From contig NC_081355.1 of the NCBI RefSeq assembly GCF_030684315.1, positions 58,947,909 to 59,011,908 of the forward strand: a stretch of DNA of 64,000 nt, given 5' to 3'. Under the pieces are notes generated by a model, which saw only the letters and a list, made by a program, of their open reading frames with translations, did no database searches and was not told the DNA's origin. Below are positions 62,455-64,000 of this stretch, piece by piece (position 1 is the stretch's first letter; the number at the start of each line of letters is the position of its first letter). The position numbers were made by a program, and so were the translations under genes. The DNA is from Stegostoma tigrinum. Its lineage: Eukaryota.

Positions 62455-62785
62455 AAATTCTGAAGGGGCTTGACACTGCTGGTGACTCTAGAATACATAC
62501 AGGATAAAGGCTGATCATTTAGGACCAAGAAAGGAAAATATTTCAAATTTCAAAGGGTGGTAAATTTTTGGAGTTTTCTTCTTTTAGAGGATTGTAAATG
62601 CTGCATTGCTGAAAGTATCTCAGACTGAGATAGACAGAATTTTGGCCTCTAAGGGAATCAAAGATTCATGGGAAATGAGCAGGAAAGTGGAGTTGAGATA
62701 AAAGATCAGCCATGATCATATTGAATGGCAAAGCCAGTTTGAGAGTTGGTATTGTTCACTCCTTCTATTGCTTATTTTGTTCTTA
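62455..62785 (+). mobile_element. CR1 3' end
   Basis: 'gactgagatagacaga..aagatcagccatgatcatattgaatggc'. Confidence 0.7.
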
Positions 62786-64000
62786 CCCCAGGTTAAGTCT
62801 GGCCTGATGCACTTAAGGACTCTGCCAGATCAGTTGGTAGCAGTGCTTCTGAGCAGATCTTGGTAATCAAGATCAAGGTCTCCCACCCAGAGCACATTCT
62901 CTAGCCCTATATGACCTGTGGTTTCTGCAGCCTGCTGAAATAGTGTGCAGTGACCAGTTGACAGGGGGAAAATCTAATGAAATGATCCATCACAACAGTG
63001 GCACTTTTTTCTCAAAATTAGAGACAAAGTAAAAAGTCAGTGTGGGTAACAGCAATATGTCATGGACTCCTGTGAACAGACTTTTTGTCAAACATGTCCA
63101 TAAGTTATGGAGGCAGACCAGGAGAATCCCCGAGGAAATTCACCCTCAATCATCACGTATGCTTTCAGCTTTGAAGAACTAAAACATTGAGGAAACCTCA
63201 GTGTGTTAGGATTTATTTTTAGGTCATAATTTCATTCAAAAGTTAAAGCTGATCTTTGAATATAAATAACTGGCTATGTCATTGTTTTCTGGTCACACCT
63301 GATAAAAGTCCTAAGTGCATGCAGTTTTACCCAGCCCAGTCCATACATTATTTGGCAGTGGTCTTTGCAGTTTTCATGTAAGTCATCTGAGCACAGCAGC
63401 AGACAGACTGGAACTAGCAGGGCTTGGCCTGTAACTGGAGGATGTAGCCTCTGCTGATAAACAAGTTGTATGATTCAATTAATAAACAGCTTTGACTGGA
63501 GCCAGCTGGCACACTATCAGAATGTGCAATAAATTATCACCCACTGCTGTAGCCTCACAAGTGAAAAAAATGAAGTGTCTACTCCTTTTTCTGGAGACGT
63601 TCCAACTAACCAGCCATGAGACAGCCTTATTTGCCATTTTGATAATGTATTATTAAGTTTCTAGACTGTAGTGATCATATAGTTCCAAGACATTCTGTAG
63701 GGAAAGTCTGCTTGGCTGCTGAAGCGTGTTCTATCCTGATTGTGTCAGTAAATTCTACATATTGACATGTTACTTGTTGAGCAGTTTTATTAAAGCCTGA
63801 CCTGATAACATAAGGGCTGTAGTTATTGCTTACTGTTACAATGAATTTATATGCTCATGCCAGTTTGTGTCTTGTAGACTATTGTTGAAATGAATATATA
63901 TTCCCTGAGTGTAAAGCTATCATTTTTTCCTGACATTAATATCAATACTAACCTAAATATGCATGTTCAGATATCCATAAAAGCTAAATTTATGTGCAGC

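Overview
This is eukaryotic, AT-rich, CpG-depleted, repeat-dense DNA. I found no convincing host exon, so it is intronic or intergenic. HE1-like V-SINEs, DeuSINE-like SINEs and the CR1/L2/Tx1 remnants point to a cartilaginous fish, probably a shark (inference from recalled repeat consensus; no search run). The window is dominated by Penelope-like elements (PLEs; RT plus GIY-YIG endonuclease) from about six families, and nearly all carry a minimal hammerhead-ribozyme-like motif (CUGANGA-stem II-GAAA-NN-UH) in the 3' terminal region. The most striking structure is a series of PLE insertions with inverted, fold-back 3' ends. Three have 14-bp target-site duplications (TSDs): a perfect 122-bp palindrome centred at the predicted hammerhead cleavage site, a 219-bp fold-back, and a 1.7-kb copy. 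A fourth has the geometry of L1-type twin priming. Also present are a Gypsy remnant lacking RT, a five-element nested TE stack, and TE-free AT-rich blocks that may be conserved non-coding elements. Boundaries of old repeats are approximate and were read by eye.
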